From NCBI GenBank assembly GCA_026396995.1, contig JAPLVS010000079.1, positions 1-53,817 on the forward strand: 53,817 nt of DNA. The letters are read 5' to 3'. The stretch comes from Candidatus Iainarchaeum sp. Lineage in GTDB: Archaea; Iainarchaeota; Iainarchaeia; Iainarchaeales; DTGL01. Under the pieces are notes generated by a model. That model did not search any database. It was not told the origin of the DNA and worked only from the letters and a program-made list of their open reading frames with translations. The stretch's first letter is position 1; each line of letters starts with the position of its first letter. Made by a program: the position numbers and the translations under genes. This document shows, piece by piece, positions 8,331 to 15,260 of this stretch.

Positions 8331-9026
8331 ATGGCCGGAGAGAGGGTTGAATTTGATATTTGGAGTGTGCCTTTGTCTGGAGAATTGTGCGAATTTATCG
8401 GGGCATTTATCGGGGACGGTTTCACCAACGCTTACGGGAAGCATTATTTTTTTGAAATAACCGGCAATAGCGAACTGGACCGAGAGTATCTTTTTTATCT
8501 GGCCAATATGGCCTGCAGGTTGTTCGACGGCATAAAGCCGAATTTTTACAGGGTGAAAAACAAAAGAGCCATCAGGCTGAGATTTCACTCAAAATTTCTT
8601 TTCAGACTGTTTACTGAACGGTTTCAATTCCATAAGGGGGTTAAATCGCATACTGTTTGTGTTCCCGAAGAAATCCTTTGTTCTGGGGAAAAAAACGTTT
8701 TTGCGGTTGTGAGGGGAATTTTTGACACCGATGGCTGCGTGTTTTTTGACAAGAGGAAAATCTACAAAAAGCCGTATCCGAGGATAACGCTTCAGGTTGT
8801 CAGCAGGCCGTTATATTTGAATCTGAAAGAAATACTGGGCGCATACTTCAAAGTCCATTCGGCAGAGCTAAAGCGCGCCTATTGCATTGAAGTATACGGT
8901 CACAAGCAGCTTGAAGCGTGGATGTCGCTTATTGGTTTTTCAAACCAAAGGCACTTGAACCGAATAAAGGATGCGGTAAAGCCCATGGGGGGGATTGAAC
9001 CCCCGACCTCCACCTTACCAAGGTGA
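8331..9026 (+). CDS. free-standing double-motif LAGLIDADG homing-endonuclease-like protein
   Basis: Two LAGLIDADG-type motifs: 'LCEFIGAFIGDGF' and 'VFAVVRGIFDTDGCV'. It is not inside an intron or an intein. The last ~47 nt overlap tRNA-Thr on the opposite strand. Confidence 0.75.
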   Translation: MAGERVEFDIWSVPLSGELCEFIGAFIGDGFTNAYGKHYFFEITGNSELDREYLFYLANMACRLFDGIKPNFYRVKNKRAIRLRFHSKFLFRLFTERFQFHKGVKSHTVCVPEEILCSGEKNVFAVVRGIFDTDGCVFFDKRKIYKKPYPRITLQVVSRPLYLNLKEILGAYFKVHSAELKRAYCIEVYGHKQLEAWMSLIGFSNQRHLNRIKDAVKPMGGIEPPTSTLPR

Positions 9027-9051
9027 CGTTCTACCACTGAACTACATGGGC
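8980..9051 (-). tRNA. tRNA-Thr (anticodon GGU)
   Basis: Minus strand: GCCCATG-TA-GTTC-AGTGGTA-GAAC-G-TCACC-TTGGTAA-GGTGG-AGGTC-GGGGG-TTCAATC-CCCCC-CATGGGC-T. Confidence 0.9.
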
Positions 9052-9081
9052 GTTAGCAAATAATTGCCCCAGCAAGCCTTT

Positions 9082-10344
9082 TTAATCCTTAATCAGTTCC
9101 TTCAATTTGCCCAAATCCGCGAATGCAAGTTCTGTTTCTTTTCCTGTTTTCAGTTCCTTCAATTTGAATTTCCTTTCCTTTAATTCGCGCTCGCCTACCA
9201 CTATAGCGAAAGGGATGCCTTTCTTGTCCGCGTACTCTATGTTTTTGCCGATGCCTTTCTCCATCAAATCCATTTCCGTGCTGATGCCAAGCGTACGGAT
9301 TTTTTGCGCCAAATCCAGCGCTCCGGAATTGAATGCCTTGTTTACCGGCACAACCAAAACCCTTGTTTCCGGCACAATGGGAATTTTTTCTTCCAGCGAA
9401 TCCAGCAATCTTTCGATGCCGAAGGAAATTCCCGTCGCAGGCAAATCCTGCCCGCCGTAAAGGCGGATTAGGTCGTCATAGCGGCCTCCGCCGCCCACGC
9501 TCGGCCCTTTCTCCAGCTTCACTTCAAACACAAGGCCTGTGTAATATTCAAGGCCCCTGGCAAGGCTCAATTCCGCCTTAACCAGTTTGTCCAATTTTTG
9601 CTCTTTCAGCAATCCTAAAAGTTCTTTTACTTCGGAAAATCCTTTCAAGTCAAGGCTTTTTTCTTTCACTTTCTTTTCCGCTTTTTCCAAATTGTTTTCT
9701 TTGAGGAAACCAATTATGCTTATGTCAATCCCTGCTGCTTTCAGTTCCTTTTCGGATTCTTCCCAGCCCATCTTTTCAGCCTTGTCGATGGCGCGGAAGC
9801 ATTCTACAAGTTTCTCCTTTGGAACGCCGCAAGCGAGAGCGAGGTTTTCAAGCAGGGAACGGGAATTGATTATTATGTAGAACTTCAGGCCGAGGCGCTG
9901 CATTATTTCTATTGATACTGCAATGAGTTCGAATTCGCAGACCGTTGACCTTGAGCCGATGATGTCGATGTCTGCCTGCGTGAATTCCCTGTACCGTTTT
10001 GCCTGCGGGCGGTCGTACCTGTACACTGTGCCTATCTGGTAGCGCTTGAACGGCAGCCTTATGTTGCGGTTTGTTGCTGCAACCCTTGAAAGCGGCACTG
10101 TGAGGTCGAAGCGCAATCCGAGCTTTCTCCCGCCCTTGTCTTCAAAGCAATAAATCTCGTTTTCTATTGCCGCCCCGCCAGAGCCCTTGGCTGTGAGCAG
10201 TTCGAGGTCTTCGACTACCGGTGTCTCCAAAGGCGAAAAGCCGTATTTCTCGAATGCTTCCCTGCACACGCGCTCTATGTATTTTTTTTTGCGCGCGCGT
10301 TCAGGGAGAAAATCTTGCATTCCCCTTACTGTCTGGTATGCCAT
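9082..10344 (-). CDS. hisS: histidine--tRNA ligase
   Basis: Class II HisRS blocks are present: 'VRGMQDFLP', 'YRYDRPQAKRYREFTQ' and 'GGGGRYDDL'. A C-terminal anticodon-binding domain carries 'FAIVVGERE'. ATG start with GGTGA upstream. Confidence 0.95.
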   Translation of the reverse strand: MAYQTVRGMQDFLPERARKKKYIERVCREAFEKYGFSPLETPVVEDLELLTAKGSGGAAIENEIYCFEDKGGRKLGLRFDLTVPLSRVAATNRNIRLPFKRYQIGTVYRYDRPQAKRYREFTQADIDIIGSRSTVCEFELIAVSIEIMQRLGLKFYIIINSRSLLENLALACGVPKEKLVECFRAIDKAEKMGWEESEKELKAAGIDISIIGFLKENNLEKAEKKVKEKSLDLKGFSEVKELLGLLKEQKLDKLVKAELSLARGLEYYTGLVFEVKLEKGPSVGGGGRYDDLIRLYGGQDLPATGISFGIERLLDSLEEKIPIVPETRVLVVPVNKAFNSGALDLAQKIRTLGISTEMDLMEKGIGKNIEYADKKGIPFAIVVGERELKERKFKLKELKTGKETELAFADLGKLKELIKD

Positions 10345-10370
10345 TCAAATCACCGCTCCGAAAAGGAGAG

Positions 10371-10442
10371 GGCCGCGGCCGGGAGTCGGACCCGGGCTAA
10401 AGGCTCCACAGGCCTCTATGCTACCACTACACCACCGCAGCC
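10371..10442 (-). tRNA. tRNA-His (anticodon GUG) with genome-encoded G-1 opposite C73
   Basis: Minus strand: G(-1)-GCTGCGG-TG-GTGT-AGTGGTA-GCAT-A-GAGGC-CTGTGGA-GCCTT-TAGC-CCGGG-TCCGACT-CCCGG-CCGCGGC-C. The T-loop reads UCCGACU, with C where U55 is expected. Confidence 0.85.
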
Positions 10443-10511
10443 ATTTATTTTGAGCACTATACAAATCTTCAGAAACAGGGTAAATGAAGGCAATCGCCTT
10501 TTGCGCTCATA

Positions 10512-10799
10512 CTAATACTTCCTGTTCCCACGGCTTTTTAACTCTTCTTGTTTTTCCTTGAATGGGAGGGGAATTCCTTTCTGCTTTTCCTTGTTTTCCT
10601 GTACTGTGGAAATATAGCCGAGAATTGTTCCGCCAAGGCAGATTGCGAACGCAATAAAGGCCCTATCGCGGAAGCAGGCCAGATCCATTCCTTGTGCAAC
10701 AGAGCCGCATGCATTGATGCCGAAATAGGCAAAAGCCATGCCGAGGACAATCAAAATGCCGGCTTCCAGTTTCAGCGCGTCCATTTTCAGGGAAAACAT
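10512..10799 (-). CDS. small membrane protein (hypothetical)
   Basis: 95 aa, ATG start, two or three hydrophobic helices and a basic tail. Confidence 0.5.
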   Translation of the reverse strand: MFSLKMDALKLEAGILIVLGMAFAYFGINACGSVAQGMDLACFRDRAFIAFAICLGGTILGYISTVQENKEKQKGIPLPFKEKQEELKSRGNRKY

Positions 10800-10848
10800 G
10801 CAAGGAATACGCTTGTGAGGTTAAAAAAGGTTTGCCTGCAGTTCCAGG

Positions 10849-11724
10849 TCAATCCGCACAAATCTGCATTTCCGGGTCTTTTGGGTCAGGGTAATAGCAG
10901 CCGCACTGCTGGCCTGTGCAATGCCAGTTTGTTCCGTCCGACGAAATGCAGCGTTCGCCTTCGGGGCAGTCCTCGCTTGACTTGCATTCTTTCATTGACT
11001 GTGTGGCACAATAAGCCGAAGCCAGACAGCGCATTTTTGTCTGGCCTTCAGGGCAGGTGCAGCTTTGCATTTCCTCTTGGCTCATTGTGCCGCCTTCGTA
11101 GCCCCTGCATGTTCCTGCGGGAACGCATTTTCCCTGCAGGCAGTTGAAGTCTTTCGGGAGGTCTGCGCAGTCATACAGGCATTGTTCGCATTGTGCGTTG
11201 TATTCCTTCATTTTTTGCTCTATTGCCAAAGTGTCCTCGGCCTTGTTTATGGGCATCTGGCAGCCGAAAGGGCACCCTGGGTATTTTGCGGCGCAGTTCC
11301 CGGCTTTCTCGCAATGGTTCAATTTTTCCATTTCTTCGCGGATTTTCAGTTCAAGCATGCTGCACTCTTCCTGAGGGAATTTGGCAGTGCATTTCTTGTT
11401 TTCGCAGACTGCTTTGGCCTGCTCAAGCGATTGGCACATCTTGCATTCCTGGTTTCCGCAATTCGCTTTTATCAAAGGCCGGTAATAGTTGTAGTCCTTT
11501 CCGGCCTCGTATTTTGCCAGGTTCGGATTTGAAGAGAATTCAGACAAATGGAAGGCTTCAACGCAAGAGCAGCACTTATCGAGATTTAGGCCGAGCGCGC
11601 AGTCCGAGTCATTTTCGCATGCAACGATTTGCGGCTCATTGCAGCCCGAAACAAAAAGCAAAACAACAACCAGTGCAGCAAAAGCCATGGCGGAAAGCGC
11701 CCTCAAAAACACCACCTCAAACAA
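10849..11724 (-). CDS. secreted or lipid-anchored cysteine-rich protein (hypothetical)
   Basis: Signal-like N-terminus ending in the lipobox-like 'LLFVSGC'. About 33 Cys in 291 aa by manual count, with motifs such as 'CCSC', 'CGNQECKMC' and 'CPFGC'. The start codon is uncertain (TTG 11724, in-frame GTGs, ATG 11688). Confidence 0.65.
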   Translation of the reverse strand: MFEVVFLRALSAMAFAALVVVLLFVSGCNEPQIVACENDSDCALGLNLDKCCSCVEAFHLSEFSSNPNLAKYEAGKDYNYYRPLIKANCGNQECKMCQSLEQAKAVCENKKCTAKFPQEECSMLELKIREEMEKLNHCEKAGNCAAKYPGCPFGCQMPINKAEDTLAIEQKMKEYNAQCEQCLYDCADLPKDFNCLQGKCVPAGTCRGYEGGTMSQEEMQSCTCPEGQTKMRCLASAYCATQSMKECKSSEDCPEGERCISSDGTNWHCTGQQCGCYYPDPKDPEMQICAD

Positions 11725-11783
11725 CAGTTATTACTCGCTTGAAGTTATTATGGATTGCGGTTTTGTTCGGCGCTGGCCCGGAT

Positions 11784-12167
11784 TCACAACAGCCTTTTTT
11801 CTCCGCTGATTTTCTGTATTTCTGTTATGTCCTGCGTGGCTTCGAGCGTGCCTAGGTATTTGCCTTTCTTGTCCCTGACAGGGAAATAGCGGACAAGGAT
11901 TTTTTTGCCCTTCAAATCAATCCAGAATTCAGCCTTGTCCAAGATGCCTTTCCTGAAGCCGTCAAGGATTGCCTGCACCTTGCCAAGGCTTTTCTGCGGG
12001 TGGCAGTTCTGCACTTTCATGCCGATGACAGCCTTGTTGCGGGGAAAAATTCTCGCGCCTTCCTTGTTGAAGTATTGGACCGAGTCTTTTGCGTCTATAA
12101 AGCTCATTTCGACAGGGAGTGCGTCGAACAAAGGTTCAAGGCATTTTTTCTGGATATTTCCAGTCAT
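11784..12167 (-). CDS. stand-alone PAS domain protein of the type found at the C-terminus of DUF438 proteins
   Basis: 'FIDAKDSVQYFNKEGARIFPRNKAVIGMKVQNCHPQKSLGKVQAILDGFRKG..AEFWIDLKGKKILVRYFPVRDKKGKYLGTLEATQDITEIQKISGEKRLL' matches the highly conserved pattern of that family. Its ATG overlaps the upstream stop (ATGA). Confidence 0.8.
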   Translation of the reverse strand: MTGNIQKKCLEPLFDALPVEMSFIDAKDSVQYFNKEGARIFPRNKAVIGMKVQNCHPQKSLGKVQAILDGFRKGILDKAEFWIDLKGKKILVRYFPVRDKKGKYLGTLEATQDITEIQKISGEKRLL

Positions 12168-12667
12168 TTTCTCACCGTACCTTTCAAGAATTTAAACAAA
12201 TATAAAACAATGCCTGCAACCAAGAGCACTGCACACAATCCGTAAACCGCAGCATATGCCTCTGCAGTGCCGATGCGGAAAGGGTTTATTGCAAGAGGGT
12301 AAAACGGCATTATATCGGAATAAAGTATTGAATCAAGGAAGATATGAAGGTAAACGCCTGCGAATGCTGCAAGGAAAACGCTTTTTTTTGTGGTTTTCTG
12401 TTCCAGGCCGAATTTTGAAGCGATCGCCCTTACTGGTTTGTCGATTGCAAGCATAATCATGGCGAGCACAATTGCTGCCAAAGTTCCTGCAAGGAAGGAA
12501 TGGAATATGCCGTGGTGTATGCATTGCCATCCGCAGGATAAAATCACGTATAGCGGTTCGAGGTCGGGCAGCGCGCTTGCAATCAAAAAAGTGGGAAGGT
12601 GTATTGTGCCGAAAAACAGGAGGCCGAGCAAAAGCGCAGGGCCGAAGTGGAACGGGGTGGAAGGCAT
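12164..12667 (-). CDS. DUF457/YdjM-like membrane-bound putative metal-dependent hydrolase
   Basis: 'TPFHFGPALLLG', 'ALPDLEP' and 'HHGIFHSFL' are His-rich motifs set in a 4-5 TM protein. Confidence 0.6.
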   Translation of the reverse strand: MPSTPFHFGPALLLGLLFFGTIHLPTFLIASALPDLEPLYVILSCGWQCIHHGIFHSFLAGTLAAIVLAMIMLAIDKPVRAIASKFGLEQKTTKKSVFLAAFAGVYLHIFLDSILYSDIMPFYPLAINPFRIGTAEAYAAVYGLCAVLLVAGIVLYLFKFLKGTVRK

Positions 12668-12697
12668 GTTTTTCCCTTGTGATTGTAAAGGATTGCC

Positions 12698-13225
12698 TTA
12701 GTATAGCCAAGGCACAAACTTTTTGGTTTTTTTCTGGTAGTCGGCATATTTCTTGCCAAACTTGCCCGCCAATTGCTTTTCTTCGCTTTCGACAACTTTT
12801 CCGCAGACAAATATTAAGAATACCCCGGCTATTAAAATCCCGAACGATTTTAAATAAAACCCCAGGCCGAAAATAAAAAAATCCAGGAATGCGGCATAAA
12901 TCGGGTGCCTGAAGTATTTGAATGCTTTATCGGTTACTAATTCTGTGCCTCTCTTTTTTGGCGGCAATGATAAAATTCCCCAGGCTGCCAAACCGAGAGT
13001 CAATAGGATCGCAATAATGAAAATCAAAGTTGAAGCATAGTCGGAAATCGGCAATTTTGGGAATTGGGACAGTGCTTCGAGGTAATATGCCAGGGATAGC
13101 ACAATGGCAGCAACTGTGAAACAGGCCGGGCCCAAACCAAAGAGTTTTTTTAATTCCACCAATCTCAACCGTTTTTTCAATTTTCTTTCTTTTGGCCAAC
13201 AACAGTGTTTCTTTTCTTTGACCAA
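12698..13225 (-). CDS. isoprenylcysteine carboxyl methyltransferase (ICMT)/phospholipid methyltransferase-family membrane protein
   Basis: C-terminal 'FKYFRHPIYAAFLDFFIFGLGF......VESEEKQLAGKFGKKYADYQKKTKKFVPWLY' is the RHPxY...EE..L...FG..Y..Y signature. The first ~20 codons run through the tRNA-trailer repeat ('WPKERK'), so the real start is probably a TTG or GTG near 13160. Confidence 0.75.
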   Translation of the reverse strand: MVKEKKHCCWPKERKLKKRLRLVELKKLFGLGPACFTVAAIVLSLAYYLEALSQFPKLPISDYASTLIFIIAILLTLGLAAWGILSLPPKKRGTELVTDKAFKYFRHPIYAAFLDFFIFGLGFYLKSFGILIAGVFLIFVCGKVVESEEKQLAGKFGKKYADYQKKTKKFVPWLY

Positions 13226-13298
13226 CCTTATGTCGTGTTTCTTTCTTTTGGCCAGCCTAGGATTTTCTTTCTTTCGAAAAGAAAGAAAAGCCCGGAAG
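13182..13298 (-). repeat. tRNA-trailer repeat, copy B, plus two degenerate upstream iterations
   Basis: 13234-13298 is TTTCTTTCTTTTGGCCAGCCTAGG-A-TTTTCTTTCTTT-CG-AAAAGAAAGAAAA. Additional TTTCTTT(C)TTT(T)G(G/A)CCAAC units lie at 13182-13200 and 13208-13226. Confidence 0.8.
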
Positions 13299-13382
13299 TG
13301 CAGGAGGGAGGATTCGAACCCCCGAAAGCACTGAGCTACTAGGCCCTGAACCTAGCCCCTTTGACCGCTTGGGTACTCCTGC
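13299..13382 (-). tRNA. tRNA-Leu (anticodon CAG), class II with long variable arm
   Basis: Minus strand: GCAGGAG-TA-CCC-AAGCGGTCAAA-GGG-G-CTAGG-TTCAGGG-CCTAG-TAGCTCAGTGCTTTC-GGGGG-TTCGAAT-CCTCC-CTCCTGC-A. Confidence 0.9.
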
Positions 13383-13423
13383 TCACTAAAACATTTCCGT
13401 TAAAAGGATTAAAAATGTGGCGG

Positions 13424-14398
13424 TCAGCGAGAGTGTCTGACGAAAGTCCTTCTAATTCTGGGGGGTGTTGGTTGCACTGGCTGCCGTGGCATGGACTGCC
13501 TTTGCGCAATGATGTGGCTTGCGGCCATTTCGCCAAATGCTTCCATTCGCACTCTGTGAATTCTTAAATCAGGCCTTATTGTCCGTGTTATATGTGCCCT
13601 CGGTAGCGGTCCCGGCGGCCTATAGCCTCTTTTTGCAGCTATCAGCTCTTGCTCTGCTTCTTGTTCTCTTCTTTTTCTTATAGCCTCTCTTATTTCTTGG
13701 TGAATTTCCCTTCTGGTTCCATGGAACCCGGGGGTTTTCATGTTTGGCCAATACCCTATTTCCCGTCGGTCATAAATAGTCAGCCTCTCAAGCTTTTTTA
13801 TTTGGCCGCAGAAGTCCAGTTTTCCTATTCTCGTATTCTGAAATTCCATCCTTTCAGCGAAAATTGCAGCGGTTTTTATTTCCGGTTTTTTTCCGGAAGC
13901 CATTCTTTCCAGGACTTCTTTTGCGTCACCCAGCGTTCCGCCGCTGTCAACGAAGTCGTCAAGTATTACAACCGGCTTGTCAAGCTTTTGTGTCAGCTTG
14001 GGGTATTTTTCCCTTGGGCCGATTTTTGGCTTAGATGTGCCGTTATTGCCCGACGGAAGCGAGTCTTCCAAAATTCTCTGCGGAAAATGGAAAAGTCCGG
14101 GCATTGGTTCGTTAGGGTAAAGCCTGCGCCATGCTGCCCTGAAAGCATATCTAAGCGATTTGCCTGTTGTGCCGGTTGTTACAACAGTCGGAATCCGAGC
14201 ATTATGAATTTGCTGAACAACATGGCCGAATGCAATCATTTCTTCTTCTGAACCAATTCCGCCGCCAAAACTTTGGCTATGCTCAAATTCATAACCGTCT
14301 TTTTCTCTCCTGACGACTTTTGACCTCATGGTTCCGTCTTCCACTTCGATTATGTGGGTGTCTGTCCACTTTGGTTCCGGGAGCTTCCGTTCTTCCAT
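13424..14398 (-). CDS. phosphoribosyltransferase (type I PRT)-domain protein with Arg-rich C-terminal extension
   Basis: PRPP-binding loop 'KPVVILDDFVDSGGTLGDA' (hhhhDDhhxSGxT). ATG at 14398; an alternative ATG at 14329 would remove the overlap with the preceding small ORF. Confidence 0.7.
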   Translation of the reverse strand: MEERKLPEPKWTDTHIIEVEDGTMRSKVVRREKDGYEFEHSQSFGGGIGSEEEMIAFGHVVQQIHNARIPTVVTTGTTGKSLRYAFRAAWRRLYPNEPMPGLFHFPQRILEDSLPSGNNGTSKPKIGPREKYPKLTQKLDKPVVILDDFVDSGGTLGDAKEVLERMASGKKPEIKTAAIFAERMEFQNTRIGKLDFCGQIKKLERLTIYDRREIGYWPNMKTPGFHGTRREIHQEIREAIRKRREQEAEQELIAAKRGYRPPGPLPRAHITRTIRPDLRIHRVRMEAFGEMAASHIIAQRQSMPRQPVQPTPPRIRRTFVRHSR

Positions 14399-14640
14399 TC
14401 ATCAACACCGTCAAATATTGGCTCAGCTGTCACCGCGGTTTTCTTTTTCCGCGCGCCGCCTTTACTGCGTCCCCGAGCATCTTTTTCTTGAGTGCTGCCC
14501 TTGCCTGCCGGTGTGAGGCTTTGTAGCCTATTTCCACTTTTCCGTTGGGCAGCGGCGCATCCGATGGCGCGAGTGTTTTGATGCCCCTTTTCCGCAATTG
14601 CTCTTTTCTTGGCGGAAGACCGACCAGTTGCGCCCACCAT
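14350..14640 (-). CDS. possible small highly basic protein (hypothetical)
   Basis: The ATG at 14640 lies 1 nt after the TAA of the upstream ORF (TAAAATG). Lys/Arg-rich. It overlaps the longest version of the PRT ORF by 49 nt. It could equally be a non-coding frame. Confidence 0.35.
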   Translation of the reverse strand: MVGATGRSSAKKRAIAEKGHQNTRAIGCAAAQRKSGNRLQSLTPAGKGSTQEKDARGRSKGGARKKKTAVTAEPIFDGVDEWKNGSSRNQSGQTPT

Positions 14641-14641
14641 T

Positions 14642-15031
14642 TTAGGCCAGGCCACTTTTTTTCGCTTTCCCCATTACAAAGTCGTCAAATGCTTGGGCTA
14701 TGCCTTTGCCCCTAAATGCGTCATTGCGGTCTTCTTCCCTTGCCAGAGGGTTGTATTGCTTCCATGTTGCCGTGCGGGTTGCCGGGTCGTATTCTACTGT
14801 TATCCAGTCGACTATCTTTCCATAGCGCGGTTTTTCGAGCCCGAGGCTTGCGCGGTCTTCTTCAATCGCGGCACGAATTTGGGCATTTGTGATGAAATCC
14901 TTGGAAGGCCGGCTCTTGGAAGGCTGTCTGCGGCCTATCCTGAAAGACCAGCGCAAATACTGCTTTCCATCTTTTTCCATGGGCTCTTTTTCTGGGATAA
15001 GGTATACCCATACACCGTCGATTTCGCGCAT
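14642..15031 (-). CDS. hypothetical protein
   Basis: 129-aa ORF whose ATG lies 4 nt downstream of the 3' end of tRNA-Arg. No recognised motif. Confidence 0.55.
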   Translation of the reverse strand: MREIDGVWVYLIPEKEPMEKDGKQYLRWSFRIGRRQPSKSRPSKDFITNAQIRAAIEEDRASLGLEKPRYGKIVDWITVEYDPATRTATWKQYNPLAREEDRNDAFRGKGIAQAFDDFVMGKAKKSGLA

Positions 15032-15035
15032 AAAT

Positions 15036-15204
15036 TGACCCCGCTGGGGCTCGAACCCAGGTCAGCAGCTAATTGCGGCTTTGTAAGTTTTTTCCCAAGG
15101 CTTTTCTTTTTCAGGAGTTCTTTTCTCTTCCCAGGGCTTTCTTTTCTTTCAAAGAAAAGAAAGGCCTCCGCAAGCTACCATGCTATCCACTACACCACGG
15201 GGCC
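15036..15204 (-). tRNA. tRNA-Arg (anticodon GCG) interrupted by a 97-nt intron at 37/38
   Basis: Exon 1 (15204-15168): GGCCCCG-TG-GTGT-AGTGGATA-GCAT-G-GTAGC-TTGCGG. The intron is 15167-15071. Exon 2 (15070-15036): A-GCTGC-TGAC-CTGGG-TTCGAGC-CCCAG-CGGGGTC-A. The anticodon plus G37 (GCGG) can pair with CCGC near the intron 3' end, as in archaeal bulge-helix-bulge substrates. Confidence 0.85.
15119..15166 (-). repeat. tRNA-trailer-like polypyrimidine/polypurine hairpin, copy C, located inside the tRNA-Arg intron
   Basis: Plus strand: TTCTTTTCTCTTCCCAGGG-CTTTCTTTTCTTT-C-AAAGAAAAGAAAG-GCC. The 13-bp stem has the same architecture as copies A and B. Confidence 0.7.
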
Positions 15205-15260
15205 AATGCAATAATAGTGAATGGCAGTGTTTTAAATGTTTTTCAATGGCCGAATGCGGT

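Noticed and set aside
8166-8588. 140-aa minus-strand ORF overlapping the start of the LAGLIDADG gene.
   Set aside because: It has no motif support, and it overlaps an ORF that carries two clear LAGLIDADG motifs.
14609-15214. 201-aa plus-strand ORF across the tRNA-Arg locus.
   Set aside because: It runs antisense through both tRNA exons, the intron and the 129-aa minus-strand ORF. Its composition is Phe/Cys/Arg-rich junk.
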